Positions 39,641 through 53,544 are shown, counted from the stretch's first letter. The stretch is 64,000 bases of DNA from Octopus vulgaris (GCA_951406725.2 OX597816.1:27528001-27592000), one strand, 5' to 3'. A program made the numbers and translations. Notes: a model not told the origin generated them from the sequence alone.

Positions 39641-41008
39641 AAGTATATATGTGTATGCATGTATATATGTAATTTATGTGTGTGTGTGTGCGCGTATGTG
39701 TGTGTGTGTGCGTGTGTGTGTGAGCGCACATTTGGTAGGTAAAATTAGGATAGATCATCCCTATTTCTGATGTGAATTGGAGAGAGGAAAACACTTGGTC
39801 TAATGTTCCGCTCAGCCTAGATATTATTGCGAAGAACACTACGATCTTTGTAAGTCTTAGACACTATTTCCCATGCCATAACCTTTTTAACGCGCATAGT
39901 GCTCATATTAGTAATTCCTATTTTGGAAATGAAATGACCAGCGTAATCGGCTGTTTATTCAAAAGCTTCTTGTTAATCGTAACTGCACGGAAAAATATTG
40001 TTAAAATGTACAAAAAACAAAAGAGAGGGATGGGTGAAGGAACAATAGACAAGTTATATTAGTTTGATGCTCGGGAAAAAGGGAAACGTCTTCGACGATT
40101 CGCGCCTAAGCTCTTCTACAAAAACGAATGATGAAAGAAAACGGCGAGAGGAAAAAAACGTGTCTGGATTGACAGCATTACTTGCTCAAATGACCAGAAG
40201 GCTGTGGTTGAATGGAAGGGAAAAAATAGTGACCTGGCTAAACTGTGTGCTCGTAGGCGTGCGTGTGTATGTGAGGATAATAGTGAGTGTATATGTGTGT
40301 GTGAGTGAGAACGTGTGTATGTGTGGGCAAGCATAGTATTATATGATTCTGCGTTTGCGTGTGTACGTACGGGAGCATTGAACTAAAATATTAGTCTCTT
40401 TAAGAAACTACACCTTTAAAATGGACAACTTTATTCCTTAACAAGAGTAATGAACCTTCCTACTGCTTTCATCAATGGAGCTTACTATTAGCAAATTTTA
40501 AATCGATTAGTCGATAAAAGAATTTCATGAGTTTTATTGAAACTTCACTGAAATTCTGATCAAACCTTATGGAGTGAGATTTTCCCCAATCAGCAGCTGC
40601 AACAATACCTTGCAGTCCCCCATCACTTGGCCCTAATGCAGTGACAATCAGCTTTCAGTAGGTTTTGTAGCTTTATCACCTTCTAGATTGACGGCATGCG
40701 AAAGATCAAACAAATATTTAAATCTATGAAACTGGTTAATGCAGATTTAAGTACCAACTTGGGAATACAAATATTTAATCGCCACTACACACGTTCAATG
40801 GTCTCTCCTCACGTTTGTACGCACATCAGAAAACTCGCACGTAAACACATACATACACGCACACATACACACGCGCGCGAATGCACACACATTGCTTTTT
40901 ATAGCTTTTGCTATGAAAATTTAAACAGCTAGACACTCTTTGTTATTCTTTTTGTACATAGTAAAATAAAAGACATGGCCTTGACATGTGTGTGTATGCG
41001 TGGTGAGT

Positions 41009-41060
<52 letters not shown>

Positions 41061-41062
<2 letters not shown>

Positions 41063-41280
41063 GAGGGGGTACTGAAACTTTCCAGGTTTTAAGGGTGTCG
41101 CAGAAAGCCTAATTGGAGGCCCAACTTTCCGTGTTCTTTTACAGGGCTTAGAAAAACCGAAGGGCTACTGCAATAAGTGTGTGAATCTGAGATAGGAATA
41201 TGTTGAATAAAACCATAAATAACTGATCCTTCTTTATTTTCTTTTACCCAAAGTCAATAACTTTCCACCACTTGCTCATA
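41061..41280 (+). mobile_element. mariner-derived MITE
   Basis: ACGAGGGGGTACTGAAACTTTCC / AACTTTCCACCACTTGCTCATA degenerate TIRs; relic KCVNLR.EYVE* transposase end; TA context. Confidence 0.7.
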
Positions 41281-41305
41281 TATACATATACATAGACATA
41301 CATAC

Positions 41306-41344
<39 letters not shown>

Positions 41345-41385
41345 TATATGGTTCTCCTTGTTGACTTCTACACACACACACACAC

Positions 41386-41442
<57 letters not shown>

Positions 41443-41444
<2 letters not shown>

Positions 41445-41864
41445 ATTGAATAAACTGAAGTCAACAGGAAGAACAATTGTTTCTACGCAACACAACTTTC
41501 CAGGTCCGCAGGTTTTTGGCTATGCAATCGTTTCCCTGAATTCTGAGATCTTGTTGTTCACCACTTGCTATATAAATATTGTTTCTGTGTTCCGTAAACT
41601 TAAATTTACTTAGCAATTATTACTACCTCGTAAAACCACAATAGACAGAAAGGATGCGGTCAAAACCGAAAATTCGATTTTACAGAACTCAGAAACAATA
41701 TTTATATATCACCCGATGTACTACGACAAGATCTCACAATGCAGAGAAACATTTGGATAACCAAATACCTGCGAACATGGAGAGGTACGTTGCACGAAAA
41801 CAATTGTGATTACAAATAAATGTTCATTTGTACTTCTTCTTGTTGACTCCAACTTATTCAATTA
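41443..41864. mobile_element. Diverged fold-back element or MITE
   Basis: Collinear inverted blocks: AATTGAATAA..GTCAACA / TGTTGAC..TTATTCAATT; TGAGATCTTGT / ACAAGATCTCA; TATATAAATATTGTTTCTG / CAGAAACAATATTTATATA. Confidence 0.8.
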
Positions 41865-42100
41865 TCCATTCGCACACTACAGAAGCTCCATGGCAAATCC
41901 GGTAATATGTATAATACTACTGTTGGACAGCATTGGTGAAATCTGAAGGTGGACGAGCGTTATACTGTACTCTATAGGATATAACCTATGTTACCAAATA
42001 TTTTACGTTTTCGGATGACGGTCGTACATGTCCATTCTTCAGAATCTATCACCAGTCCCGCTCTCTTTCTCTTTCTCTCTCCCCACTCAGTGTATATATA

Positions 42101-42331
42101 TTTCTTTACTACCCACAAGGGGCTAAACACAGAGAGGACAAACAAGGACAGACAAACGGATTAAGTCGATTACATCGACACCAGTGCGTAACTGGTACTT
42201 AATTTATCGACCCCGAAAGGATGAAAGGCAAAGTCGACCTCGGCGGAATTTGAACTCACGACGTAACGACAGACGAAATACGGCTACGCATTTCGCCCGG
42301 CCTGCTAACGTTTCTGCCAGCTCGCCGCCTT
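42101..42331 (-). mobile_element. Nin/Deu-type SINE with 18-bp TSD
   Basis: CCACTCAGTGTATATATA at 42083-42100 and 42332-42349. Confidence 0.92.
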
Positions 42332-43121
42332 CCACTCAGTGTATATATACGCGCTTGTGTGTGTATTCGTGTTCATGTTGGCCTACTTTTATCTCGCAAC
42401 CTAGAGGTTCGACAAAATTTAATTGCTAATATATGTACCAGACTTGATTCGATATGACTCAATTAGATCCTGAAACAGCAAAAGATTAAGTGTATAATGT
42501 AGAAAGGACTTGCATCAGTGTTTAAAAGAGCCAGTTATTTTGTTGTGATAAATTTTGGAGAAAAATAGAATGAAACTAACCTTAATACACCACTTCGTCT
42601 TTTTGGCCTTTATATTAGTTAATCTGGGCAGTAACTATGTAGTTCTATGTTTCTGTGATGGCTAAACCCATTAAATTAAACTATTTGGAATTTTCAATAT
42701 AATTTAATCTTTTAGCGTGATAACCGAATAAAAACCTTTCTCCTCATCTCTCTCTTTCGCATTATTTCTTGACATCCAATATAATATTTTACATTGTACT
42801 GAAAGAAATTAAAACAGTTAGCTTTTCTACTTAACAATACGTGAAGTAAGTTGACGTGTCAAGCGAAATATTTATCCGCAAATCAAAAACAGAGTATATT
42901 TTATGACAGGAAAAATCTAGATAATTTGAATCTATTTCTGACAAATATATCATTTGTCTGTTGATCAGTGATGGTGTCTTGCTCCAAGGTAGCAAATAAT
43001 TTTAATCACACATCGGATATTATTTCCTAGCATTACCGAGCAAAAGCCATACAAGTTTGATGCGATATGCATATGTATATGTATATGTATAAGTATATGT
43101 ATAAGTATATGTATGTATATA

Positions 43122-44008
43122 TACGAAATCTGATCAATAAGTACCCGAACTGTTGCGATAGCAACGAAGCTAAAGCATGCAGAGTAAAGCCGCTTGGCAA
43201 AAATGGGCCTTGAACTCTGCTGTGTATGCGCACTAAATTTTAATGTTCTAGCTCTCTTCCACTGTTAACAGTAGTGTTTCGACGGAAGGTGTGTAGCGTG
43301 TGATCGTCGCAGTGACCATGACAGAGAAAGTTGTCATGGTGACACCTGCTCAGAGGCCTACGCGAAGTTGCAGAAAGTGTATGGAGAGGAATGTATGAGC
43401 CGCACACAAGTGTAAGAGTGGTTCAGACGTTTTGAAGATGGCCGAAAAATGTCGATATTGACGAACGTTCTGGGAAACTCGCAGCCAGCAGAAACGAGGA
43501 AAACGTTTCAGATGTACATGCAGTTATGAGGGGAAATCGTCGAATCACCATCCGTGAGTTATCAGAGGATGTGCAGATTAGTTACGGTTTTAGTTCAGTC
43601 CATTATCACTGAAGATTTGGGTTTGAGACGCGTGTCTGCCAAGTTTGTGCCAAAACTGCTTTCTTCTGATCAAAAAAACACTCGGAGTTTCAGTTACACA
43701 AGATCTCCTTGATTGTGTCGACAACGATGAAAACTTTTTGAAAATTTGCGTAGGTCTCTGATCAGGTATCGCCAAGCTTTTGGCTAAATTTGATGCAGAT
43801 TCTCTGGTCAACTTTCTCTGTCATGGTCAATGCGACGATCACACGCTACACACATTCCTTCCAGGCACTGCCGTAAACAGCGGAAGTGAGCTAGAACATT
43901 AAAACTTAGTGCGCATGCACACCAGAATTCAGTCTGTACCAAGTGGCTTTACTCTGCGACTTCAGCATCGCTACTATGATAACGGATACTTATTGTTCTG
44001 ACCACGTA
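43122..44008 (+). mobile_element. mariner derivative with ~210-bp inverted 5' ends and N-terminal transposase relic
   Basis: LQKVYGEECMSRTQV*EWFRRF, NRRITIRELSE and EDLGLRRVSAKFVPKLL. 43122-43335 is inverted at 43810-44008. TA ends. Confidence 0.88.
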
Positions 44009-44018
44009 TATATATATA

Positions 44019-44087
<69 letters not shown>

Positions 44088-44092
<5 letters not shown>

Positions 44093-44297
44093 TAATCCAA
44101 ACAAGAAAGCACAAAAAAAACACAACAACGCGAGGACGTGTAACAAATATAGTATTATTGGACGCTTAGGAAAGAAGGAAAGTAGGAGGGTTTAACGTTT
44201 CGAGCGGAGCTCTTCGTCGGAAACATAGGAGAAGGAAAGATCCAGAGAAGGGAAGACAGAGGAAAAAAATCGCCAACGGTACACACGAGGTCACATG
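44088..44297 (-). mobile_element. Hammerhead-bearing short element, family beta (motif 44190-44224)
   Basis: Reverse complement GTTT-CCGACGA-A-GAGC-TCC-GCTC-GAAA-CGT-T-AAAC; 3' end runs into (TA)n. Confidence 0.78.
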
Positions 44298-44490
44298 TGT
44301 GTGTATGTATGTAGACACACACACATATATACATGTGTGTGTGTGTGCTTGTGTGTATAATATTCTTTTAGGGAAATGGATCTCGAAGCAAACATAGAAC
44401 TGTAAATAATAACATGTAAATATTGGTTTGAAAAATACTTTTGAATAGAAAAATCGAAGGCTACCCGTGGGGCACTAATCCCCATCACGT

Positions 44491-44536
<46 letters not shown>

Positions 44537-45855
44537 TATATACAAACAGGCGTACATACATATATATATATACGCGTATACCCACACATATGTATGCATG
44601 TTTATATATATATACTGTATTTGTGCAAGCAACGTGTGCAGGTTTGTATTATGTGGGCAAATGTTTATCAATGTATTTCCTATAAACAACATATATTGGA
44701 ATACTGAAGTTTGTGGAGAAACTTAGATACAAACGTATACACATACGTACTCGAATGTTCACTAAGATGCTTACGTAGGTTTACAGAAACCATACGAAAA
44801 CAACAGTCCACATATTTCTTGTTTGGTTAGCGGCAAACTGAAACTATAAATATATAGTAACAATATTTTACATCCTTAGGCCAAGACATTCTGTTGTGTG
44901 TGAGTCAACAAAGGCAACTCCTTGTTTCAATCAGTTAGCAGCTTCATTGCATATATTGTTTGACGTCTTACATACACTTATATGGAATATTGGACAAACT
45001 CACGTTGTGTTTATATTCAGATTTTGGATTCCTGCCACATTGAACTGAATTTATAAACACAGCAACATTGAGCGTTTGGTATTCATAACGAAACCTTAGA
45101 AGTTACGTTATGAAATGTATACTAATGACTGAATAATACTAAATATTCTTCATGGATTCACTCACCAACACGCTATCTTCTCTTTTACGTCCTTTGTATG
45201 GCTCCTACCACAGACTTTACTCCGCTGGTCTAATTACTTGCAAACTCCAGCTCGCACGATAAATATCCTTTTCAACCCTCATCCTATTACTCTGCTCCAA
45301 TTCACACACTCCTTTACCAGAATTTTAGCCACCTCCATTCTCTCTATATTCACGTTTTGTTAGAAGACATTGACAAAGATGGATATAATTCTGAAATAAA
45401 CACACCAGTACGGGACAATCTGTAATAGTCAAATACGCAGATCCTTACACACGTGATAAACTAATTAAATATATATAAAAAAAAATCTCTTCATTCCGAA
45501 ATATATCCTTCTCTGGCGAACAAAGGAGATTCATTATGAAAGTTATATTAACAAAGGATAGATTGTTTAATCGTTCTAAACCATAAACGTACGTTTTGTA
45601 ACTCTCGCTCCTTCATATGTTTCCCTGACAAATGACAGCTTAAGTTGATGTTAAAGCCAAATTCGCAGAATAATTTCTTTGAAAGTAGAACCGAACTATC
45701 TGCTAGAATTGGTAGACATATCTCCCTCAAACTACATCTAGCAATCTTTAAAAAATGAAAGAGAAATTGGAAAATGTAGTTCTTTAGCAGTAGGTCTGCT
45801 ATCATTAAATATGCTGTTGATGAAAGGTGCTCCAGCCGCAACAATCCGGCCTTTA

Positions 45856-45945
<90 letters not shown>

Positions 45946-45951
45946 CACACA

Positions 45952-46059
<108 letters not shown>

Positions 46060-46137
46060 ATAATATATAAATATATGCATATATACATACATATATGTAC
46101 ATACCTACATCTATATGTATATATACATGCATATATA

Positions 46138-46310
46138 GGTAAGGGACATAAAAAAAAAACGTTGAACACAATGAGAAACGAAAACACAAAAACAAAAACA
46201 TGGTAATGAACTTTTTTTCAAACAACGAAAAACAGAGTACAAGACATACAACACAAGGAATATTCCCCTTCTTCCGTTGTCCCTCTTTCGTCTACTCCGC
46301 GTTTCGAAAT
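46138..46310 (-). mobile_element. TA-tailed short repeat, family gamma
   Basis: Similar to 25800-26073. Confidence 0.5.
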
Positions 46311-47664
46311 ACAGAACTAAATTATAAATGGTATCCTTTTGTCAGGTGGGTGTGTATAGATGGACTATTTTTTCCTAGCAGAGCGGAGGGTTCACGTTAT
46401 CGGTTTGGTAGTATTGTGACTGCTTACTATCATCATCATGTAGATATGAACAAATATGTTTAAGGTCTTGGTAAATAATTGTCTTGGTAAGATCAGTAAG
46501 TCTTGGTAAATAATTGGTTAGTGTGTTCCTATGTAAGAGAATAAGGTATTACATGAGGAAGTTTTGCTGCTGTTCAACAGACCACGTAGAGTCGCTTCAG
46601 TTGGTCCGAGGTCAGTGGTGTAAAAAGTAATGATATTGTGATGATCCCATCTTTTAGAAGGACGTCGAGGTAACAAAAAAAACAAAAAACAATATGGAGT
46701 GGGGTCTTTGCTCTTGCTGATGGTGCTGGTAAGCACAGGCAAATGGGTGAGCTACAACTGCATAACTCAAGTGAAAGAATTAAAATTGAAACAGTGTCAT
46801 GATTTCGGTTTAAACACAAACTTATAAAATTTCTGATGACTGAGCATATTTCATGCAGCCACACATGAAAACTATAGATATTATGAATCAAGCTGTTGCA
46901 TGACACATGCATGTATGATATTTTCTCGTCGGTTGACCATGCTTTCTTTTATAATGGAACAAAGCAATTTAAAAGGTAAAAAATATTTTACAAAATTAAA
47001 GCTTTTTAAAGTCTAGAATAAATAGAAAATATTAAAATTTTCTGTATGTACATGAAATTTTGGTCTTTATGTCACTTCTTTAATCCTGCAATCAATTACA
47101 CAATAACAAAACGAATCTTAATTATCTGCAATATTTACTTCCAGTCGGTCTTTGAATTTATTTATTTCCAGCTTCCGGTTCAATACGCATGGTATTCGTT
47201 TTTCGTTTTCAATCATAAAGAACGCTATACAGGTAAATCTTTCTACAACATTCATGAAGTTAAATTTAGCATATACAATTTGTGCATGATTTTATCGATA
47301 ACAGTCACTCATCTCCGTATATTAAAATATATTGTAATCTACCATGTTTGCGACTTAGTTGTCTTTGGTCAGCGTCTTCATGCTAACAATATTAAGCAGT
47401 AAGCAATATAATGTAGGTTACATACCGGTCGATGATAATTACTATTTTATCGCATAAATCCACATTCCAAGTAAATTGATAGTAAGAAAGAGATAATATA
47501 TATACACATACAATATATTGATCTTAAATTTTTATTTAATTTTCTGTGAAAGAGTAACTGTATAAATCAACATTTTCATAATGTTTACACAATATTGCAA
47601 ACAGCACACAGCTCATTAACTACTATTTTGACAGAATAATCAGGTTTCAAAAACATTGATAAAC

Positions 47665-47825
<161 letters not shown>

Positions 47826-47828
47826 TAC

Positions 47829-47863
<35 letters not shown>

Positions 47864-48694
47864 AAGAGAGTGAGAGAGAGAATGAGAGAGAGAGTGAGAG
47901 AGAAAGTGAGAGAGAGAGTGAGAGAGAGAGTGAGAGAGAGATTGATAAAGAGAGTAAGAGAGAGAGAGTAAGAGAGAGAGTGAGAGAGAGAGTGAGAGAG
48001 AGAGAGTGAGAGAGAGAGACAGAGAGAGGGAGAGAGCGGGAGAGTGAGAGAGAGAGAGTGAGAGAGAGAGTGAGAGAGAGAGTGAGATAGAGAGAGATAG
48101 AGAGAGAGAGTGAAAGAGAGAGAGAAGAGAGAGAGAGAGTGAAAGAGAGAGAGAGAGAGAGAAAATATATATTGCTTTAACATTTTTATTTAGTTATATT
48201 TTCTTATGTGTGGAAGAGTAGCTGTGTACAAATTTCGCGAATAGTTTTACTGATAACATACACTGATCTTAGTAATAATCATACAATTTATTTTAAATGT
48301 AACTTTTATTAAACCTAAGCTTTTTTTAACGCCCAGAATAAACATTGTAATCTAAAAACAAATTCTAATATAAATATAATTTCATAAAAATGTGACATTT
48401 ATAGTATTTCTTTTAATGCGATTCTCAACCTATACGCTGAGAAAGATAAATGATTCTGAAATTTTAATATTTTTGATTTTTGATCATTCTTAACAATATG
48501 TCCATGAGATCCAACTAATGGCTGATAATATTAATTGGAAAAAGTCAGACAGAAGTGAAAAGAGGAGGAAAACATCTGGCCTTGGTGAAGGATACATATC
48601 ACAATCAGTTTGTTTCACGAACGTGAAACTGATGTGGTAAACTTATGAATGAGTCATTCACTTGTTAAAAAAGAACATGTAAAGCAATAAAGAG

Positions 48695-48721
<27 letters not shown>

Positions 48722-48725
<4 letters not shown>

Positions 48726-48928
48726 GGAGAATTTACGAAAAAAACAACAACAAAAGACGAATACAGGTGGTGTACAAAACAAAGAGATGTATTAGTATAA
48801 CGCCCAGGAATAGAAAAAGTCTTTTACGTTTCGAGCCTACACTCTTCTACAGAAAAGGACACAGCAAAAACAAGGAGAGAAACATGGAGAGAAAAAAATG
48901 TGTGTAGTGGCTAACGATCTATCATGGC
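48722..48928 (-). mobile_element. Hammerhead-bearing short element, family alpha (motif 48819-48860)
   Basis: Reverse complement CTTTT-CTGTAGA-A-GAGT-GTAG-GCTC-GAAA-CGT-A-AAAGAC; (TA)n on both sides. Confidence 0.78.
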
Positions 48929-48930
48929 TA

Positions 48931-48968
<38 letters not shown>

Positions 48969-48969
<1 letters not shown>

Positions 48970-49000
48970 CTAGCAGAGATACCCGGCCTTGCTCGGGATT
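48969..49000 (-). mobile_element. Helitron-like 3' terminus
   Basis: Reverse complement CCCGAGCAAGGCCGGG hairpin followed by ...CTAG|T. Confidence 0.55.
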
Positions 49001-49009
49001 AAAAGGGCA

Positions 49010-49322
49010 TAGATTTTTATTGCTTTACTTGTTTCAGTCATGTGACTGCGGCCTTGCTGGAGCACCACCGTTGGTTGAAGAAATCAACCACAGAATTTAT
49101 TCTTTGTAAGCCTAGTACCCATTCTGTCAGTGTCTTTTACCAAACCACTAAGTTACAGGAATGTAAACACGGCAACATCAGTTGTCAAGCAATAGGGGTG
49201 GAGTACAAGCACAAGACACATGCACACACATACACAAATATACACATATATACGACCGTCGTCTTTCAGTTTCCGAGTACGAAATCCATTCACAAGGTTT
49301 TGGTCGGCCTGAGGCTATAATG
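49010..49322 (-). mobile_element. 5'-truncated CORE-like SINE
   Basis: Tail and core similarity to 19381-19805. Confidence 0.8.
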
Positions 49323-49324
49323 AG

Positions 49325-49370
<46 letters not shown>

Positions 49371-49371
<1 letters not shown>

Positions 49372-49778
49372 CTTTCGGTGCGAACGGCTTTATCATACGG
49401 TGCCGTATTTTACAATCCTGTAAATAATAATAATGGTATGTTTATATAAACTTAAAGCTTATGCCGTTCACCGTGCAATGACTTAGGAAAATGGTCTAGT
49501 AACGGGGCATATAAGCCCTCGACAGAAAAAGAATGCTTTCCCATCCGCGTGGGACGCGAACCCACATCCCTTTGTTAACATGACTGTGTTACATTTACAC
49601 GCGGATGGGAAAGCCTTTTTTTCTGTTGTGGGCTCATACGCCCCGTTACTAGACTATTTTTCTTAGTCATTGCACAGTGAACACCATAAATTTTAAGCTT
49701 ATGAAAAATTACCATCATTATTATTATTTATAAGATTGTAAAATACGGCGTCGTATAACAAAACCATTTGCACCGAAA

Positions 49779-49780
<2 letters not shown>
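49371..49780. mobile_element. Fold-back element, arms of about 180 bp (49371-49551 / 49598-49780), in (TA)n
   Basis: GCTTTCGGTGC...CCCATCCGCGTG / CACGCGGATGGG...GCACCGAAAGC. Confidence 0.9.
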
Positions 49781-49817
<37 letters not shown>

Positions 49818-49821
<4 letters not shown>

Positions 49822-50032
49822 CCGAAGTCAGGACGCCATGATAGATCGTTAGCTCCTACACGCATTTTTTCTCTCCTTGTTTCTCTCCTTGTTTTTTTTC
49901 TGTGTATCTTTCTGTCGAAGAGCGTAGGCTCGAAACATAAAACACTTTTTCTATTCCTGAGCGCTATACTAATACATTTGTTTGTTTGTACTCCACCTGC
50001 CTTCGTCTTTTGTTTATTTTCGTAAACTTTCC

Positions 50033-50035
<3 letters not shown>
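49818..50035 (+). mobile_element. Hammerhead-bearing short element, family alpha (motif about 49905-49945)
   Basis: CTTT-CTGTCGA-A-GAGC-GTAG-GCTC-GAAA-CAT-A-AAACAC; (TA)n on both sides. Confidence 0.75.
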
Positions 50036-50085
<50 letters not shown>

Positions 50086-50799
50086 TCGATTTCTTAAGTT
50101 TCTTGAATTTTTTAAACTCCAATTTCTCGCAAATGTAAATATTCATTGCATTTAGTTCGTCCAATTCACAAATTTAAATATTCATTGCATACACTGCGGA
50201 GTATTCCATTCACATTTGCAAAGTCTCTCACTTTCTCTTTTAAGTTTTCTTTCGCTATCTGGAAAACCGACAATTTATTCTATTAATGTATACGTAATTT
50301 ATTATTTATTGTATGGGAATTTCTGAAATACCCGTATGAATTTTGAACGTGGGATAGCTGTGAGAAGAGCCTAGAAAGTTGGGTAATTAGTATTAGAAGA
50401 CGAGGAGAAAAATAAGTTACCGTCAAGTACTCGAAACTTGCCCCTTATTCACAGTTTCCACCTTATTGCCAGTTTTATTCCAAACACACCTTATTCGAAA
50501 CTTGCCTCTTATTCATAGTCTGTACCACTAAGCCAATATATACACAAACAAGTTGCACGAGCGATTTCAACAGTGACACACACGCGCACATACATAAATA
50601 CACATACACACAAATGAAAGGCAATGAATGTGTGTGTGTGTGTGTATGTTGTTCACTGACAACACTTCGTGCTGCATTACTTTTGCGAAGTTTTGTCAGT
50701 GAACAGGTCGCGGTTTCAAAGCGAAGAAAATATTTTGACACAAATGAAATTTTAATGTTGAAGTGAAACTGGTACTACATAAATACAGAGGTCCCTGAA

Positions 50800-50986
50800 C
50801 GGTATTACTTAGATACAGGTGTTACGTACAAAACACTTAAAATGCACGCTGTGTGACATCCTAACCCTAACCATAACTTACCCGAAAACTAACCCTAACC
50901 TTGACTCTAAAACTAATCCTAAAGTTTACTCTCCCCTTCATATCGTTACGGAGATGCATCGAGACTTCTGTATTTAAGTAATGCCG
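50800..50986. mobile_element. MITE with 19-bp TIRs, 4-bp TGAA TSD and internal telomere-like repeats
   Basis: TGAA|CGGTATTACTTAGATACAG ... CTGTATTTAAGTAATGCCG|TGAA; internal degenerate CCTAACCCTAACC. Confidence 0.75.
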
Positions 50987-51942
50987 TGAAAGTAACGGTT
51001 TCTGTGTGTTCTTGAATGGCTTACAAACATCTACACTGCTACTGTTTTTGTTTCAGCACACGATCTCAGATCAAGTCACTTGCTATGCAAGTACATCTCC
51101 GAATGTTTTTCAATCACTGTGGATAAGTGCAAGCACTGACCTTCTCAGGCTCTTCAATATTTTAATTTCTAAACAGAAACAATCAGGAGCAGGGAGTGGG
51201 ATTGCAAAACATTCATAATTTCTCAAATTTTCTTTTTTATAGCATATAAATGTATTTATGGGGAAAATATTGAGAAACATCAATACATGCGAGAGCGATA
51301 AAGAAACGAGGAGGGTTGTCTTTGGATATGCTAGAAACAGCAACCAAATCGCCCTTAAATCACTCACTTTTCCCTCTGAAAATAATAATTTCTTAAAAAC
51401 ATTTTACTGAAAATGCTTTTCCCATGGTTTTGAAGTGCAAAGAAAAAAAGGCCAAAATAGGTCCGAAGTGGGATGATGAGGGAGTTTGTGTAAATAAAAA
51501 TGAGTTTTCAAAACTTTTTTCATTCAAAGATGTCCCCCCATCATCATTTCGAAGGATGTGGTTTAAAAAGATGAGGAAATACCCTGAAAAAATTTCCCCG
51601 ACAAATTTCTTTATAATCGTAATCTATGCCGTTTGAAAGGGATTTGTATAAATTTTCATTAACAGATACCCATCTTCCTGAAAGCTATGGGGGAAAAAAG
51701 TCAGATCGTGTGGATTTTCCAAAATTCCTCTCTCCACCTCCTCGGAAATTTTTTTTCTGATATACTCTGAAGCCACAACTTCTAAACGGCATTTGCAGAA
51801 AATTTTGTTAAAAAGTATCCATTATTCTGGATGTCATGAGTTAACAAAGTCGGGAGCGCATACATCTGTAGTAATGTCCTTTTATTCATACGATTTTTCC
51901 ATTTCATGTTTATTTCATTCATTGCTTTTAATGTTCTCTCTC

Positions 51943-51985
<43 letters not shown>

Positions 51986-52595
51986 TGCAAAGCTTACAGA
52001 AGGGCTGCTGAATTGAAATCTCTATGTAACTTTGAGGGGAGGGTAAAACTTGACAAACTGCTCCTCCCTCTGTTGTTGGACTACCGTGATGTTTGTTTAA
52101 AAATAAGGGATTATGACTGTGACAAAATAAGGAAAGCAATACTTACTAAGCAAGTGAGCACTATTATACAAAGAAATAATTAGATGTAAAATATTAAAAA
52201 TATTAGAATTGGAAATCAAATGTGAAAATGTTATCAAGGGGCGGTCTTTCGGCTAGTCTGTATAATAATGTATGAAAGTAACCGACAATGGACAGATAAA
52301 AAATTTAAATCTGTGTACACAATTTTCTGAATTACAACACTAATCCCATAATCTGAGGCTTACCAAAGAAAAAGGGCTCAAACGTGCCAAATGTCTAATC
52401 TATTCTGAAGACGAGAGCGAGAAGAGAAAGTCTGAATACCTGGATGGATTTAAGAATGACAATTGTTCCAAATAAAGCAAAAGGATAAAGAAATACAATA
52501 AAATCATTTATATTTGATTGAAGTTATGCCAGCATTATAACTTGTCTGAAAGAAGATTGTCTTCTACATACATCTAGCACACAGACCCACACACT

Positions 52596-52660
<65 letters not shown>

Positions 52661-52989
52661 CTATTACTGTATCATTGTATTAACTAGAATCTCGGATGTT
52701 GTACATCGTTTGTCACAATTCGCTTCTTCGCATTGTTACACGTTACGAATGATGGCTCGGCGGGCAAGCCAACTAAACATCAGTTCGCCGAATGAACGGA
52801 AACAAAATAAAAGGTAACGCTTCTTTCAATAATACAAAGCATAGGTGTGGTAACTGAAACCTAGATCTTGCGATTGTGAGTGCGGCACCCTTACTACAAG
52901 AACAGGCGCATTCACTGTAACTCCCTTTCTCTCGCCTTCTCTTTCTCTCTCTCTCTCTCTCTTTATATGTATGCGTATATGTATAAGTG

Positions 52990-53023
<34 letters not shown>

Positions 53024-53249
53024 TGTATGTATGTATGTATGTATGTGTGTATGTATGTATATATGTATGTATGTATTTATTTATTATATTTTTATTATAT
53101 ATTATTTATTCATTTTTGTACTTTTTATGATCTAGTTATATGTTTTTAAAAAATATATTTTATTTTATATTTATGATTTGGTTTATGTCTATCATTGTTT
53201 GAATTGCATAATAGTGTTTTTTTCTCTAATTTATATATATATATATATT

Positions 53250-53288
<39 letters not shown>

Positions 53289-53350
53289 TATTTACTAAAA
53301 ATAGCACACACACACACACACACACAGATACAGACACATACACAGACACA

Positions 53351-53394
<44 letters not shown>

Positions 53395-53544
53395 GTTTTG
53401 ATGAAGGAATCGGAAGATGGATTTAGTACGAATCTGTATTCAGCACAACGATCGTTTCGACCCATCCAGCAGCTGTCCCATAAGGCTGGATATTGTGCAT
53501 TTAGTGGCGTTGCATCAATCACACAAACACATACATACATAAAT

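Noticed and set aside
53440-53480. Minus-strand GAAACGATCGTT palindrome resembling helix III
   Set aside because: Upstream core is CTGCTGG and stem I is mismatched at the junction.
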